Origin: Chiloscyllium plagiosum
Taxonomy: Eukaryota
Reading direction: 5' to 3'
DNA length: 64,000 bases
Assembly: GCF_004010195.1 (NCBI RefSeq)
Contig: NC_057719.1
Location: 45,147,971-45,211,970, forward strand
Made by a program: the position numbers and the translations under genes. Shown here piece after piece: positions 1 to 11,236 of the stretch (position 1 is its first letter; every line of letters starts with the position of its first letter). The notes below the pieces were generated by a model. That model was given only the letters and a program-made list of their open reading frames with translations, ran no database searches and was not told the DNA's origin.

Positions 1-876
1 TCTGCCCTCAGACCCCACCCCTCCAACCGTAACAAGGACAGAATGCCCCTGGTGCTCACCTTCCACCCTACCAACCTTCGCATAAACCAAATCATCTGCC
101 GACATTTCCACCACCACCCAAAAGACCCCACCACCAGGGATATATTTACCTCCCCACCCCTTTCCGCCTTCCGCAAAGACTGTTCCCTCCGTGACTATCT
201 GGTCATGTCGACGCCTCCCTATAACCCACCCTCCCATCCTGCAACCGCAGGAACTGTAAAACCTGCGCCCACACCTCCTCCCTCACCTCCATCCAAGGCT
301 CTAAAGAAGCCATCCACATCAATCAAAGTTTTATCTGCACATCTACTAATATCATTTATTGTATCCGTTGCTCCCGATGCGGTCTCCTCTACATTGGGGA
401 GACTGGAAGCCTCCCAGCAGAGCACTTTAGGGAACATCTCCGAGACACCCGCACCAATCAACCACACCGCCCTGTGGCCCAACATTTCAACTCCCCCTCC
501 CATTCTGCCGAGGACATGGAGTTCCTGGGCCTCCTTCATCGCCGCTCCCTCACCACCAGACGCCTGGAGGAAGAACGCCTCATCTTCTGCCTCGGAACAC
601 TTCAACCCCAGGGCATCAATGTGGACTGCAACAGTTTCCTCATTTTCCCTTCCTCCACCTCACCCTAGTTCCAAACTTCCAGCTCAGCACTGCCCCCGTG
701 ACTTGTCCTACCTGCCTATCTTCTTTTCCACCCATCCACTCCACCCTCCTCCCTGACCTATCACCTTCATCCCCTCCCCCACTCACCTATTGTACTCGAT
801 GCTACTTTCTCCCCACCCCCACCCTCTTCCAGCTTATCTCTCCACGCTTCAGGCTCTCTGCCTTTATTCCTGATGT
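1..876 (+). mobile_element. Penelope-like retroelement, 3' fragment (GIY-YIG endonuclease C-terminus and pyrimidine-rich tail), frameshifted
   Basis: ORF pieces PLVLTFHPTN and VAQHFNSPSHS...LEEERLIFCLGTLQPQGINVD match the Penelope linker and GIY-YIG end. The fragment stops at ...ATTCCTGATG, the start of the hammerhead-bearing terminus. Confidence 0.85.
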
Positions 877-1527
877 GTAATCTAGCTGCTTAAACATTAA
901 TGCAAAAGCATGAAAGCTGAAGGTACTGGAATCTGATATGTAATTCTTGTGTCAGTTACAGCATGTTTGTACAGTTTCTTTGTCTACTAATTTTAACCTA
1001 AGATCATTTAAAGAACTAGTAATAACTTTGTTTTCAAGTCAGGGCATTCCATACTGCCGCCCTATAAATATAAATATTTTTGAAATATAATCAGAAGCCA
1101 CAGGCAGGTTGTGAGAAGGAAAGTCCCCGTAAATAGTAATGAGGCAAATAGGCAAACACAACTGTCTTTATGATGTTGGATGAGGAATAAACCTTGATTA
1201 AAACTTTTTCAAACAGTACCAAGCTTCCTTTGACTCGACGTAGACAGTGAAAACTTGATTTAACATTTTATCTGATAAATGACACCCTGGGTGCAGCACC
1301 CCTTCATTACTGCTCCAAAAAATGATTCTGGATTCTATGCGCAAATGTTTGGAGTGGTGCTTCTAAGAGGCAAATTGTTGTTGCTGAGTCAAGGTGTTCT
1401 GTATGAATGTCACTGATTTCCCGCTATAGCAACAATTTTTAAAGGTATGGCTATGGCATTCTCTGGTGGAAAAACTAGCACCTGACTCTGTTTGACTTTT
1501 TTCTTTTCCTTGCAGGTGATCATTTAA

Positions 1528-1710
<183 letters not shown>

Positions 1711-3560
1711 AGTCTCACACAGCCTGAAAATCAGGCTGTTCTGAACAATGATGTTGAATTTTACCAATGTGGACACCTTTATGTCCACAGAATTTTTAGC
1801 AAAGCCTGGAAGCTACAGGGATGTGCATGTTTAAAGAATCTTGTCAGCTTATTGGGAATGGAAGCAGAAGACCTACCTTGTGAAAATAGAGATTCTAAAA
1901 CAGCTTAGAATGAAACAGTGTAGAGATGTGTAACAATTTTGCTCTTGCAAAAACCATAAATTATGTTTGATAGTTTAATGTCTAAAGTATGACAGTTGTT
2001 CTAAGAAAGGTAAATACTGAGGAAAATGTATAATTTTATTGGAATGATAATTGTTCTTCAAAATAATTTTAATTTAAGTGGCAAAGTATACAAATAAGAT
2101 AGATTACTGTGGTGTTGTACCTTAACATTTGGTTATGTGCTTTTTGCATTAGAGTAGCACAATGATATGCTGGACTTTGCTTTGAGAGCTGATTTTCAAG
2201 GAAGAGAAATGTTACTAACAAGCATTTTGGCAAATGGAGTGTCATTTGTAAAACATCAAAGCTGGCAGCTTGTGTATTTTCTTAAAATCTTAGTGCTCCT
2301 CCAACATTTGTGTATAGTTGCTTATAGTTTCTGCTAGTACAAGTAACACATGCTATTTAGTGATCCTAATATTTGTGATAGCAACAAAAGAATTGCATGG
2401 AAGTGTTCCAGCCATTCCCCTTTTAATTGATTTTAGTTTAGATGATCGAAAATGATGCAATGTAAATATATAGAATACAAGGTTTTAATTTCAAATTCTA
2501 ACTGTTAATGAAGCACAGCCTATTTCTTAACAGCCCTGTTCTCTCACTAATGCTTGTGAACACTATAAGAAATATGTGTCATTAAACCATTTATATAAAC
2601 TGTTTATACCAAATTAAACATTGTAATATAACAGATGTTTTACTGGAAGTAAAACTTGCATGCAAACAATAGTACATAGACATACATGACAATGTTTGAA
2701 AAGCAAGATCAATTGTCAATAAGTAGCTTTGTATACAAGGAACTGAAAAAAAGACTAGATGACAAAATTTTCTATTTGTTCATAAGTTTAACACAATCAA
2801 ACAATTTTAAAACCAAAAGAATTCATCCCTTAATACAATCTTTGTTTTTTTTTAACCTGGCTAAAACAGCAGTAAAGTTTATTGGACAGTGTAATGCGCA
2901 GATGAACAAACAGGTCTCAACTTCTGTGAATAATCAGATAATTTTACCTCCGACTGTTTCACCGCCTTTTAGCAAACCTTTTTGATATTTTCAGATATGT
3001 ATTTTTACTCAATTGCTAACTTTCTTAGATCTGCATGTACTAACATCTGCCATTACACTGTCAAAACAAGCCCGCTGCTTCATTTCCAGTTTAAATCAAA
3101 GGAGTGATTTATCATAGTATTAGACCCGCATTAGCACAGAAAAGTCAGAATTATCATTGAACAAACTGATACATTAACCAAAGCAACTACATTGAAAACA
3201 TTACAAACTAAGAAAGACTGACATGTATGACTATGGCTTTTTGAGTCTAATTTTTCTCTAAATTGTGTTCATGGCAGCAGTGAGTTGTAGTGCCTAAATG
3301 AATCTACAGGAATGCTATATCTGATAGTGAGAATAAAAGGGATGTGTGAATTTTCTTAAACTGAGTGCATTGTAAAAATGTGTATTGTATTTCTGGTTGT
3401 ATACCCTTGTTAGCTTTGTATAGGGAAACTTGAACAAAGTCTGATGTATTGCACATTTTCATGCCATGTGAACAATGTATCAGTTTTAAATAAAATCTTC
3501 AGAACATTTCACTTACATGCATTTTGAACTGTATTATGAATGATATACTTCATTAATAAA
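1711..3560 (+). other. GNG2: GNG2 3'UTR with candidate polyadenylation signals
   Basis: AT-rich sequence without obvious repeats after the stop codon; AATAAA at 3332-3337, 3489-3494 and 3555-3560. Confidence 0.55.
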
Positions 3561-3669
3561 TGCACTATTAAGGGGGAAGATTAGAAATGGTGCTATTCCT
3601 CAAGACATTCATACTACCGTGTTAAAAATCTCACACCAGGTTATAGTCCAACAGGTTTAATTGGAAGCA

Positions 3670-3704
3670 CACGAGCTTTCAGAGCGCCGCTCCTTCGTCA
3701 GGTA
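3670..3704 (-). ncRNA. Hammerhead ribozyme copy in the inverted pseudo-LTR
   Basis: Minus strand reads TAC-CTGACGA-A-GGAGC-GGC-GCTCT-GAAA-GCTC-GTG. Confidence 0.7.
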
Positions 3705-6125
3705 ATAGTGGAGGACACCGTTGTAAGGCACAGAATTTATAGCAAGAATTTACAGTGTGATGTAACTGAAATTATAGATTAAAAAATACCTTGATTGACT
3801 GTTGAGTCTTTAATCTGTTCGAATAACATGATAGTTTCACTGCTTTCATGTGTAAATCACAAAACCCTTTTTTAAAAGTTGCATTCTCAGGTTAGCTGTG
3901 ACAATTCATGTTAGCTAAACAATATTTTAAAGGTGTTAGCCCCCTGTGTTCTCTGTCTATGCCATGATGTTTAGATTGTTTCTAATCTAAAAAGTGAGAT
4001 AACAAAGTTTTACATGAATTCATGCAGTTTTTGAGCAAAGTCCAATGTAACTCTGCAAGTACAAATTATGTTGAAGGCATCTTGAAACCTATTGTACAGG
4101 GGATCCCCAACTTCTGTCGTGACACTACGGATTTCTTACAGAAACTCAGCACACACAGACCAGTCGAACCGGGAACATTGCTCGTCACAATGGATGTTTC
4201 CGCACTCTACACCAGCATCCCCCACAATTATGGCATCACTGCAACAGCCTCAGTACTAAACACCAACAACTGCCAATCTCCAAACACCATCCTACAAGCA
4301 GCTCGCTACGAACAATGATTTGTTTGAGGTTTGATGGTTGTTTAAAGGCAAGCAGTGGAGGTGTGGGGAAGGTCTTCCACCCAAAACTCATCTGCTTTAT
4401 CCTCGATCACAACACCTTCACCTTTGACAACCAGTTCTTCATCCAGACACATGGAACAGCCATGGGGACCAGATTTGCACCCCAATATGCCAACATTTTT
4501 ATGCACAGGTTCGAACAAGATCTCTTTATGCAGGATCTCCAACCAACATTATTCACCAGGGACATTGACGACATTTTCTTCCTCTGGACCCATGGCGAGG
4601 AGTCACTGATAAAACTACACCATGATATCAACAAGTTTCATCCCACCATCAAACTCACCATGGGTTACTCTCGACTATCTGTCTCATTCTTGAACTCATA
4701 CATCTCCATCAAGGATGGACACCTCAGCACCACACTCTACCGCAAACCCATAGACAACCTCACAATGCTACACTTCTCCAGCTTCCACCCAAAACGTATT
4801 AAAACAGCCATTCCCTATGGACAAGCCTTACGCGTACACCAGATCTACTCAGATGAGGAGGAACGTGACGGGCACCTGGAAGTACTCAGGGATACCCTCA
4901 CAAGAATGGGGTACGATGCTCAACGCATCGACCGCCAGTTCTGATGTGCCACAGCAAGGAACCGTAATGACCTCCTCAGGAGACAGACACATGCTGCAAC
5001 TGACAGGGTACCCTTCGTTGTTCAGTACTTCCCAGGAGCTGACAAACTATGCCGTGTTCTTCATGACCTGCAACACATTATCAATGAGGATGAGCACCTC
5101 ACCAAGACCTTCCCCACACCTCCACTGCTTGCCTTTAAACAACCATCAAACCTCAAACAAATCATTGTTCGTAGCGAGCTGCTCGGCTCTCAGGACAACT
5201 CCGTACAACCCTGTCATGGTAGGCGCTGCAAGTCATGTCAGAGTGTGAACATGGATACCACCATTACACGTGGGGACAGCTCCCACCTTGTACATGGCAG
5301 GTACTCATGTGACTCAGCCAACNNNNNNNNNNNNNNNNNNNNNNNNNNNNNNNNNNNNNNNNNNNNNNNNNNNNNNNNNNNNNNNNNNNNNNNNNNNNNN
5401 NNNNNNNNNNNNNNNNNNNNNNNNNNNNNNNNNNNNNNNNNNNNNNNNNNNNNNNNNNNNNNNNNNNNNNNNNNNNNNNNNNNNNNNNNNNNNNNNNNNN
5501 NNNNNNNNNNNNNNNNNNNNNNNNNNNNNNNNNNNNNNNNNNNNNNNNNNNNNNNNNNNNNNNNNNNNNNNNNNNNNNNNNNNNNNNNNNNNNNNNNNNN
5601 NNNNNNNNNNNNNNNNNNNNNNNNNNNNNNNNNNNNNNNNNNNNNNNNNNNNNNNNNNNNNNNNNNNNNNNNNNNNNNNNNNNNNNNNNNNNNNNNNNNN
5701 NNNNNNNNNNNNNNNNNNNNNNNNNNNNNNNNNNNNNNNNNNNNNNNNNNNNNNNNNNNNNNNNNNNNNNNNNNNNNNNNNNNNNNNNNNNNNNNNNNNN
5801 NNNNNNNNNNNNNNNNNNNNNNNNNNNNNNNNNNNNNNNNNNNNNNNNNNNNNNNNNNNNNNNNNNNNNNNNNNNNNNNNNNNNNNNNNNNNNNNNNNNN
5901 NNNNNNNNNNNNNNNNNNNNNNNNNNNNNNNNNNNNNNNNNNNNNNNNNNNNNNNNNNNNNNNNNNNNTGTGTGTGTGTGTGTGTGTGTAGGAGTATCTG
6001 TGTGTATGTATAGTGCAATGGTGGTCACCGAGCAGAGGCTGATAGCTAAGTTCGGTACCCATAGGGAGGGCCTCAACCGGGACTTTGGGTTCATGTCATA
6101 TTACAGGTGACCACCATTGCACTAT

Positions 6126-6353
6126 ACACACACGCAGATACTCCTACACACACACACACACACACACAGGCACTCCTATACACACATACGCACGGACACA
6201 CATACACACAGACGTGCATACTGACACCCACACACATGCACCCCCTCACAAACGTAAGACACTCTACACTCCACTACATACACACACACATACACTCTCT
6301 CACACTCACAACCCCCAACATAGACAGACACAAAGACCCACATACACACACAC
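6126..6353. repeat. Imperfect (CA)n-rich tract inside the Penelope 3' region
   Basis: Visible CA/ACAT runs. Confidence 0.85.
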
Positions 6354-6713
6354 ATTTTGTGGGGTGAATTTGTACTTTGTACTTTGCTCAAAAACTGCAT
6401 GAATTCATGTAAAACTTTGTTATCTCACTTTTTAGATTAGAATTAATCTAAACATCATGGCATAGACAGGGAACACAGGGGACTAACACCTTTAACATAT
6501 TGTCTAGCTAACATTAATTGTTACAGCTAACCTGAGAATGTAACTTTTAAAAAAGGGTTTCGTGATTTACGCATGGAAGAAGTGAAACTATCGTGGTATT
6601 CAAACAGATGAAAGACTCAACAGACAATCAAGGTATTTTTTAATCTATAATTTCAGTTACGTCACACATTAAATTCTTGCTTTACTGTGCCTTACAATTG
6701 TGTCCTCCACCAT

Positions 6714-6748
6714 CACCTGATGAAGGAGCGGCGCTCCGAAAGCTAGTG
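6714..6748 (+). ncRNA. Minimal type I hammerhead ribozyme in Penelope pseudo-LTR
   Basis: CAC-CTGATGA-A-GGAGC-GGC-GCTCC-GAAA-GCTA-GTG: full core, perfect stem II, palindromic AGCT stem III, CAC/GTG stem I. Confidence 0.75.
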
Positions 6749-6899
6749 TGCTTTCCAATTAAACCTTTCCAATTGGACTATAACCTGGTGTTGTATGATT
6801 TTTAACTTTGTACACCCCAATCCAAAACTGGCATCTCCAAATCATTCATACTACCATGAACTTGTGTAACAATTTATTACCTGCTGTCTGTCCAAGATT

Positions 6900-7440
6900 T
6901 TTTTAAAAAAATCCCAAGGTGTGTGTGTGGCTAGCATTTTTTTTTCTTTGAGAGGGTGGTAGTGAGCTGCCTCCTTGAACTGCTGCTGTTCCTTGGGGAT
7001 TACTCAAATCCACAATGCAGTTATCAAGGGAGTCCCAGGATTTTGACCCAGTGACAGAATGACAGCAATATAAATCCAAAGCAGGATGGTGTTTGAATTG
7101 AAGGGGAAGTAGCAGGTGATGGTGTTCCAATGCATCTGCTGTTCTAGTCCTCTGAGGTTGCAGAGATTGCTGGTTTGCAAGATGCTCTTACAGGAGTCTG
7201 AGTGAGATACTGCAATCCATCTTGTAAATATTATACATTAAGGCTACTTTACATCAGTGGTGAAGGGACTAAATGTGAAAGGATACCAGTCAAGTGCGAT
7301 GCTTTGTTCTAAATGGTGTCAAGCTGCTTCATTGATGTTTGAACTGCACTCATTCAAACAAATATTCCATCATGATTTGTGCCTTGCAGATGGTGGACAG
7401 GCAATAGGGATTCATGGAGTTGCACAGCACAAAACAGACC
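6900..7440 (-). mobile_element. Degenerate 3' part of a CR1/L2-group LINE (further remnants ~8305-8520 and ~9620-9825)
   Basis: Minus-strand remnants such as SKSWDSL...IVD...AVQGGSSLPP resemble LINE ORF2 C-termini; heavily decayed. Confidence 0.45.
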
Positions 7441-7995
7441 CTCAGTCTAGCTTGTTTGCGCTGAGCAGATATCTTAAACTGATCTAGTCCCAATTGCCAG
7501 CATTTGGCCAAACTCCCTTCCAATTCATATACTCATCCAGATGCCTTTGAAATGTTGTAATTGTACCAGCCTTCCACTTACTCTGGTAGCTCATTCCATA
7601 CACGCACCACCCTCCATGTGAAAATGTTACCCTTCGGGTCCCTTTTGAATCTCTCCCCTCTCCCCTTAAACTTATACCCTTTAGTTTTGGACTCCCCTAC
7701 TCTGGGAGGAAAAAGACCTTGGCTATTCACCCTATCAATACGTCATGATTTTATAAACCTATATAAGATCACCCCTGATCCTCTGACACTCCAGGGGAAA
7801 AAACCCCCAGTTTCTCCCTATAGCTCAAACCCTCCAATCCTGGCAACATCCAAGTAATTCTTTTCTGAACCCTTTCAAGTTTAACAACATGTTTCCTATA
7901 ATAGGGAGACCAGAATTGAACACCGTATTCAAAAGGTGGTCTCACCAATGTCCTATACAGTCGCAACATGTGTTCCAACTCCTATATTCAATGCA
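7440..7995 (-). mobile_element. CR1/HER1 LINE 3' fragment
   Basis: MLRLYRTLVRPPFEYGVQFWSPYYRKHVVKLERVQKR, a typical CR1 ORF2 C-terminus, plus 3' tail. Confidence 0.9.
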
Positions 7996-8089
7996 TGAAT
8001 CACGAGTCAGAAGTATTTAAATTGTTGGTTTGGTTCAATTACTGGCCTATAGTAATGTCCGTGATGTTGATAGTGGGCATAAATACTAA

Positions 8090-8305
8090 ACAAAACTGAA
8101 ACAACTGTGGATACTGTACATCAGAAACAAAAACAGAAATCGCTAGAAAAGCTTAGCAGGTCGAGCAGCAGCTGTGGAGACAAATCAGAGTTGATGTTTT
8201 GGGTTGAGTGACCCTTCCTCAGAGGAACCCAAAACATCAACTGTGACTTCTCTCCACAGATGCTGCCAGACCTGCTGAGCTTTTCCAGTAATTTGTTTTT
8301 GTTGT
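8090..8305. mobile_element. Inverted dimer of short Penelope-derived terminal element
   Basis: ...GAAAAGCTTAGCAGGTC...TGTGGAGA is mirrored by TCTCCACAGATGCTGCCAGACCTGCTGAGCTTTTC; the arms meet near a degenerate hammerhead core at ~8200-8235. Confidence 0.65.
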
Positions 8306-9380
8306 TGATTGTGGGAGATTCAGTGAAGGCTGTGCCACTGAATGCCAACGGACGATGGTCAGATTCTGTCTTGTTGGAGGTGTTTATTGCTGGTAGCTTG
8401 TGTGGCACAACCGCCATTCATCAGCTCCTGTTGGATGTTGCATATTGACACAAGACGCTTCAGTATCTGAGGGATCGCAAATGGTGCTGAACATTGTGCA
8501 ATCATCAGTGAAGATCCCCAGTTTTTTAAAACATTTATTCATAAGGGCGTCACTGGCTAGGCCAGCAGTTATTGTCTGTCTCTAATTGCTCAGAGGGCAG
8601 TTAAGAGTCCAGTGACCCTTCTTCAGAACATTTTGATACGGAGGTCACTGAAACCGAAAGTTTGACTCTGCTTTCTCTCCACAGATGATGCCAGACCTGT
8701 TGAGATTCTCCAGCAATTTTTGTCTGACACACATAAAGACAAAAAAATGGTCCTCTCAGTGGTGGGAAAATAAATTCCTGGGAAACGCTTCAAATGCTCC
8801 AGTCCTCAACATTCAATGGAATGTTTCTTTTGTTTCCCAATTGTTCAGTCCTCTGATCATTTCCATCAGGTTCTTTCACTTCGTCACAGAATAACTGGTT
8901 CATGAATTACAAAAACTGTCTTATTGGGTAAAAGCAGCAGCTTCCATCAACTTGTAGGAGAAAATAAACTGTCTTTCTCCAGGCTTCAGGTATTTTACTG
9001 GAGAGACACGCCATCTGTTTTTTCAATAGTCTGAAGGTTTCTGCCAGTATCATTCACACCCACAAGCTGTTTGGTTACCCAGTAGCCAATGAGAGAGTTG
9101 TTGTCAGGCTGATAGTCTTTGGCATCCACAACTGGTCACAAAGTCACAACCAATCAGCAATCTTTCGCCAGCCAAATCTCACATTGTACACAGACCCCTG
9201 AGCTACACCATCCACAAACATCATCTCATGCTGCTTGAATGAAGCAGCAGTGTAAACACAATGAATTTCAGAAACTCTTTTCAAAACAGAAACAACTTTT
9301 TAAAAAGGTAGAAATTCCTTTTTCAGTCTTTTGTTGCAAAACTGGCCTTATCCCCAATTCAGTTGACAGTCAAAATTACA

Positions 9381-9513
9381 TTCCTGATGAAGGGCTCCTG
9401 CCCGAAACGTTGATTCTCCTGTTCCTCAGAGGCTGCATGACCTGTTGTGCTTTTCCAGCACCACACACTTTCGACTCTGATCTCCAGCATCTGCAGTCCT
9501 CACTTTTTCCTAA
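9381..9513 (+). mobile_element. Short non-autonomous Penelope-derived element with hammerhead core
   Basis: Starts TTCCTGATGAAGGGCTCCTGCCCGAAACGTT; exact 11-bp TSD TCAAAATTACA at 9370-9380 and 9514-9524. Confidence 0.8.
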
Positions 9514-9825
9514 TCAAAATTACAGTAAATTGTAAAGATACAACCTTTACAAGTGTCAGTAACCAGAGTATTGTTAAGCAAACGTTTGTCAACAAGTCCT
9601 TCCATCACATCTCTAATGACTGATAGGATGGTAGTTGAGTGTGCTGGATTTGTCCTGTTTTTTGTGGACTAGTCATACCCAGATAATTTTCCATATTGCC
9701 AAGTAGATGTCAGTGTTGTAGTTGTACTGAAATAGTTTGGCTAGGGGTATAGCTAGTTTACAGTTGTTGTCGCTGGCAATCATTCCCTAACAAGTATAAT
9801 TGTCTGCCTGGGAAATCCCTTGTCA

Positions 9826-10356
9826 CTGGTCTCCTTCCTATCAGAAAGATGTTGTGAAACTTGAAAGGGTTCAGAAAAGATTTACAAGGATGTTGCCAAG
9901 GTTGGAAGGCTTGAGCCATAGAGAGAGGCTGAATAGGCTAGGGCTGTTTTCCCTGGAGCATTGGAGACTGAGGAGTGATCTAATAGAAGTATATAAAATC
10001 ATGAGGACATGGATAGGATAAATAGACAAGGTCTTTTCCCTGGGGTGGGGGAGTCCAAAGCTCGAGGGCATAGGCTTAGGCTGAGAGGGGAACGATATAA
10101 AAGGGACCTAAGGAGCTACTTTTTCACACAGAGGGTGGTATGTGTATGGAATGAGCTGCCAGCGGAAGTGGTGGAGGCTGTTACAACTAAAGCATTTAAA
10201 AGGCGTCTGGATGGGGATATGAATAAGAAGGGTTTAGAGGCATATGGGCCAAGTGCTGGCAAGCGGGACTAGATTGGGTTGGGATATCTGGTTGGCATGG
10301 ACGAGTTGGACTGAAGGGTCTGTTTCCATGCTGTACATCTCTACGACGCTATGACA
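9826..10356 (+). mobile_element. CR1/HER1 LINE 3' fragment
   Basis: WSPSYQKDVVKLERVQKRFTRMLP...FFTQRVVCVWNELP and the 3' tail CTGTACATCTCTACGAC. Confidence 0.9.
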
Positions 10357-10987
10357 CTGGTCATGGATTCTTTGGGTCCTTGTATGGTTGATGAGCCTGA
10401 TCCTAGAGCTACACCTCTGACTACTCATTTGGCAGGTGTTTTCGGAAGGTGGAATTGGTCCTTAGCCTCGTGATTGCTGGCATTCCTTTCTCTGGTTTCT
10501 TTTCCATACCTCTTCTTGCTGATGTGTGTTCTTGATGAATTGTCTCCCTTCATATTCAGAGGCATCTCAGACCACTGCAGTATATCACAAGATAATCTGA
10601 TGAATTTTGTCTGCCAGTTTAGCCATTATTTGTCGGAGTCAGATTGAGACCAAGTTGTTAGATTATTTCATTGATAAGTAGTGTGAACAACTGATGTACT
10701 TTGTGGGACTGCCCTGTAATTTTATATTTTCTCATGTTCCAATTCAGACCCAAGCCAGTTTGAGATGCATACCAAAATATCTTTCCTATTTTTAAATCAA
10801 CCTGTTTAAATAAGTTTTGAAACACCTCCATGGCTAGTGTAAGTTGAACTCAGTCCTGGTCAAGGGATAAGACACTACCAGTGTGCCACAATAGGCACAA
10901 ATCAGGGAGCATGAGAAACACAGTCAGCAGGAGAGTAAACTATATGACTGTTATGGATTTTAGAAAAAAAAACATCACCTTAACTAC

Positions 10988-11236
10988 TGGTGGCATGGTG
11001 GCTCAGTGGTTAGCACTGCTGCCTCACAACACCAGGTTTGATTCTAGCTTCGGGCAACTCTGTGTGGAATTTGCACATTCTCCTTGTGTATGCATGGGTT
11101 TCCTCCCACAATCCAAAGATGTCCAGGTCAGGTGAATTGGCCGTTCTAAAATGTCCATAGTATTAGGTGCATTAGTCAGAAGGGGTGGGTTACTCTTCAG
11201 AGGGTCGCTATGGACTTGTAGGGAATCTAATCTCTA
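10988..11236 (+). mobile_element. HE1-type V-SINE (degenerate)
   Basis: tRNA-like head GGTGGCTCAGTGGTTAGCACTGCTGCCTCAC, V-domain TGTGTGGAATTTGCACATTCTCC, AATCT tail. Confidence 0.85.

Larger units (their letters stand above)
3622..6842 (+). mobile_element. Penelope-like retrotransposon with inverted pseudo-LTRs (RT + GIY-YIG, degenerate, internal N gap)
   Basis: RT motifs LVTMDVSALYTSIP, QTHGTAMGTRFAPQYANIFM and RDIDDIF (4022-4944); C-terminus EQRLIAKFGTHREGLNRD (~6030-6083). ~3621-4067 is the reverse complement of ~6367-6806. TSD CATTCATACTACC at 3606-3618 and 6843-6855. Confidence 0.9.

Noticed and set aside
2686..2985. 99-aa ORF downstream of GNG2
   Set aside because: AT-rich 3'UTR sequence with no recognisable domain or splice context.
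5238..6094. Long ORFs of 230-276 aa in the ORF track
   Set aside because: Artefacts of translating through the N gap (5323-5968).
3621..6806. ~450-bp terminal inverted repeats suggesting a DNA transposon
   Set aside because: The interior encodes Penelope RT/GIY-YIG and the right end extends past the repeat, consistent with inverted pseudo-LTRs.
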